DNA from: Candidatus Bathyarchaeota archaeon
GTDB lineage: Archaea; Thermoproteota; Bathyarchaeia; Bathyarchaeales; Bathycorpusculaceae
Direction of reading: 5' to 3'
DNA length: 64,000 nucleotides
Assembly (NCBI GenBank): GCA_963827165.1
Contig: CAWGZR010000003.1
Span: 224,001 to 288,000 of the forward strand
Under the pieces are notes generated by a model. That model was not told the origin of the DNA and did not search any database. It saw nothing but the letters and a program-made list of their open reading frames with translations. Below are positions 61,331 to 64,000 of the stretch, in pieces. A program made the translations under genes and the position numbers. Positions within the stretch are counted from its first letter, which is position 1, and the number at the start of each line of letters is the position of its first letter.

Positions 61331-61591
61331 GTGTATTTTCGATTTAGATTGCACGTTCATAAGGGTTATACTCCAATAGATAAAATCTGTTTCTTAGGAA
61401 AAAGCAACTTGATGAAAAATAACTTGAAAAATTCCGTAGAATTCGCAGAGCCTATTCAACTTCAGCTTCTTTGCGTAGATTGCGGACAATTCAAAGATTC
61501 TAAGTGCAAATTAGGCTACAAAACAAACCCCCGAAATCGAGCGTGCACTCAAGGGTCAAAGAGTTACCAAAAAAAGCGTGGAAAAAACTGA
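61331..61591 (+). CDS. Small Cys-containing hypothetical protein
   Basis: CVDC...C...C pattern with basic tail. Start probably at ATG near 61412. Confidence 0.4.
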   Translation: MYFRFRLHVHKGYTPIDKICFLGKSNLMKNNLKNSVEFAEPIQLQLLCVDCGQFKDSKCKLGYKTNPRNRACTQGSKSYQKKRGKN

Positions 61592-61756
61592 TTTATGTTT
61601 TTCCGCTTACCGTTCTATCAGGGGTTTATAGTTGTCATTTCTTTCAGCGGTAATTTAGCATAATCTACAAGGTTTTGCGCCTTCGAGTGTCCCGAAATCT
61701 GTTGTTTGTTTCCATCATTGTTTCGTCTAGAGTCGGAATGAAAAAGCACCATTTTA

Positions 61757-63688
61757 CTATATTATCAGAAGCCAGCCGACAAAGATAACTAGCGATGTGA
61801 CAAAGAGTGCAGCCCAAAGACGTTTGCTGTGGTCGAAGATGTCTTTCCCGCTCATGGGAGACACTGGGAGCGTGCCAAAGAACGAGCCGATCACACACAT
61901 TGACAAGCCTGCATCCCCGATAGCCGCGTAACCGCCCTTCAACAATACAAAGAATAAACCTGCAAAAGCAAGGCTGATGAGGATTTCAGATGCGGCAGTT
62001 ACAGCACCCAAATGTTCCGTGAATTTTTTGGACTGCACGCTTCGCGTCGGAGAAGAGAAAGGAACCCTAAAGGCGAAGGTAGTGAAGAGAAAAAGCACAA
62101 GACCTAAGGGCCAAATCGAGTGCTCACTCCACACACCCTTGCTTCTAAGGTAAACTATAGAAGAGAACTTTTGTACAAATCCCACGAGCACACTGGTTAT
62201 AAAGAAAATAGGAAGCAGAGCCCAAATCTGGCTGAGAGTTATAACTTTAACGTATGAGAACGAAATAGCGAGAACGATAATTGCAACCGAATACGCTAAG
62301 ACTTCCGTTTTTGTGGGTTTAAAAAGGGAACCTTTTTTCTCCATCGCGTCAATCTTGCGCCTGGAGGCAACTACCTCTTCAAGCCACTGTTTTATGTTGT
62401 CGGGAATCATTCCTTTTGTTTTTTCGCCTGCTTTTCCGCCTAAGTTGCCTAAGGGGTTGCTTATCGCGGCAAAAAGGAGGGAAACTGCAGTTACCACCGC
62501 TGCGGATACCCCGACAGCTACTACTGCGTTGGCTGGTTTAGGAACCCAAATTTGCTGTGCAAGGCTTGGCGAAGACGAAGGTGCCGTGCTTTGCGTGGGA
62601 CTGGATGTTGGGCTATTGGCTGGGGTTGGCGTTGTTGATGAGGCGGGAGTTGTTGAAGTGGACGGAGAGGTTGTGGCTGATGTTGATGAGGTTGGAGTTG
62701 GCGAAGCTGATGTTCCGGCGGCGTCGGATACAACGGAGACGGTGCCAGAGCCATAGTTGGCTACGAAAACCTCGCCTTTGCCCGAGTTGTAGTCGGCGCC
62801 GTATGGACTTGTTCCTACGGGTACTGTTGCGATTACGTTGTTTGTGGTGTCGGATATGACTGAGACGGAGGCGGAGTCTCTGTTTAGAACGTATATTTCG
62901 CCTTTGCCGGAGTCATATATTGTGGCCGCTGGATTGGATCCGACTGTCGTTGTTGCGACGACATTGTTGGTCGTATCTGAGATGATTGAGACTGTTCCCG
63001 AAACAGAGTTGGCTACATACACTTCTCCTTGAACTGGATCGTAAGCCACGCCTAAGGGACCGCTCCCGACGCCGATCGTTGCGGTGACTTGGTTCGTGCT
63101 GTCTGATATTACCGAGACTGAGCGTGAGTAAGCGTTGGCTACAAATACTTCGCTTTTTGCCGAATCATAACCTAAATCGTACGGTCCGGTTCCGACTGTC
63201 ACTGTTGCAACAACCTTGTTAGTGCTGTCCGATATAACCGAAACAGTAGTTCCTGAGCCACCTCCTGAGTTGGCGACGAAAATTTCGCCTTTTCCCGCAT
63301 CATATGTAAAGGATGAGGGCTCTGTTCCTACAGTTACTGTTGCCACGACTTTGTTGGTGCTGTCCGATATAACTGAGACTGAGTTAGCGCCATAGTTGGC
63401 GACAAAGATTTCCCCTTTGCTGGAATCGTAAATGTCTCTGTAAGGTGATTGCCCCACTGTTATTTTTGTGAGCGAGGCATAGTTGCTGCCGGATAGCACT
63501 GAGACGCTTCCCGCGGAGGAATCAACCACGAATAACTCGTTTTTGGCTGAATCATAGGCTACACCCCAAGGTGCACCGCCAACCGTTATTGTGGAGGCTA
63601 CTCCGATAGCGTGTACCGAGACGGCTAGTGAGCAAGCAAAAATCATTATGAATAATAAAACCAGAAGCCTGAAAACCTTTGCTCTCAT
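61757..63688 (-). CDS. YVTN beta-propeller surface protein fused to a degenerate M50-like membrane domain
   Basis: Signal peptide, 7 repeats of YD..KGE.FVAN....VSVISD.TN.VVAT..VG, S/T/P linker, multi-pass C-terminus. Confidence 0.85.
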   Translation of the reverse strand: MRAKVFRLLVLLFIMIFACSLAVSVHAIGVASTITVGGAPWGVAYDSAKNELFVVDSSAGSVSVLSGSNYASLTKITVGQSPYRDIYDSSKGEIFVANYGANSVSVISDSTNKVVATVTVGTEPSSFTYDAGKGEIFVANSGGGSGTTVSVISDSTNKVVATVTVGTGPYDLGYDSAKSEVFVANAYSRSVSVISDSTNQVTATIGVGSGPLGVAYDPVQGEVYVANSVSGTVSIISDTTNNVVATTTVGSNPAATIYDSGKGEIYVLNRDSASVSVISDTTNNVIATVPVGTSPYGADYNSGKGEVFVANYGSGTVSVVSDAAGTSASPTPTSSTSATTSPSTSTTPASSTTPTPANSPTSSPTQSTAPSSSPSLAQQIWVPKPANAVVAVGVSAAVVTAVSLLFAAISNPLGNLGGKAGEKTKGMIPDNIKQWLEEVVASRRKIDAMEKKGSLFKPTKTEVLAYSVAIIVLAISFSYVKVITLSQIWALLPIFFITSVLVGFVQKFSSIVYLRSKGVWSEHSIWPLGLVLFLFTTFAFRVPFSSPTRSVQSKKFTEHLGAVTAASEILISLAFAGLFFVLLKGGYAAIGDAGLSMCVIGSFFGTLPVSPMSGKDIFDHSKRLWAALFVTSLVIFVGWLLII

Positions 63689-63825
63689 GTCTAAATCTCG
63701 CCCTTCCTCAAGAGTAATAATCTAGTTTTCATTTAAAACTTGCGCTTGCCTGGTTTGACATGATTCATTTTGGCGGTCATAAGCTTATATATGAAAAGAA
63801 CTGATGTGGATACGAGGAATTTAAA

Positions 63826-64000
63826 ATGGGAGAAGAGGCAAAACCAAAAAGCACTAAAAGTAACATGCACGCAATCATTTTAGGAATATTAGGACTTGTC
63901 CTTTTATTCGCGGGAATCTACGTAATAACTGTTCATGGTGCGCCACTGCGCGGCTCAGGATTTGGTACAATTGCAACACTACTCGGTTTAGTACTGCTTA
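63826..64000 (+). CDS. Membrane protein, 5' part (runs off the window)
   Basis: MGEEAKPKSTKSNMHAIILGILGLVLLFAGIYVITV..., with TATA and GAGG upstream. Confidence 0.6.
   Translation, partial: MGEEAKPKSTKSNMHAIILGILGLVLLFAGIYVITVHGAPLRGSGFGTIATLLGLVLL

Noticed and set aside
62740-63600. CRISPR-like periodic repeats
   Set aside because: The roughly 126-bp periodicity is the coding repeat of YVTN propeller blades, with no unique spacers.
1-64000. tRNA, rRNA, transposase or integrase
   Set aside because: None recognised by eye. A covariance-model scan would be needed to exclude small RNAs.

Overview
Archaeal genomic window, most consistent with Bathyarchaeia. This is an inference from TFB, the Nop2-Nip7 pair, fwdDBAC, NfnAB, 'MRRSKLE' wHTH paralogs and YVTN surface proteins. 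1-19.4 kb: a chemotaxis cluster (cheA partial, cheR, cheC, cheD, cheY, TrmB-like regulator, cheY-cheC fusion) joined to a type IV pilus locus (ATPase, TadC/ArlJ-like platform, five minor pilins). Upstream lies a tandem array of four major-pilin paralogs with near-constant N/C-terminal blocks and highly variable middle segments. Three of the four copies carry clustered indels only in or at the edges of the variable segments. No archaellum-specific genes are visible. 21.5-26 kb: a LysR-controlled DsrE-TusA-double-cubane protein-SelD cluster, with a shared candidate operator and an atypical SelD (Cys form, DD->EN). 26-44 kb: PhoU-type regulator, NfnAB, ModE/ModABC, MobB x2, MobA, MoeA, FdhD, FwdDBAC. 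44-64 kb: two glutamine synthetases, two PAS histidine kinases, Nip7/Nop2, TFB, a six-hairpin glycosidase, small regulators, an unannotated 38-aa C2H2 zinc-finger microprotein and a YVTN beta-propeller fused to a catalytically dead M50-like domain. Scattered single-base frameshifts in ordinary genes (about 6) suggest a long-read consensus. No tRNA, rRNA, CRISPR array or transposase was recognised.
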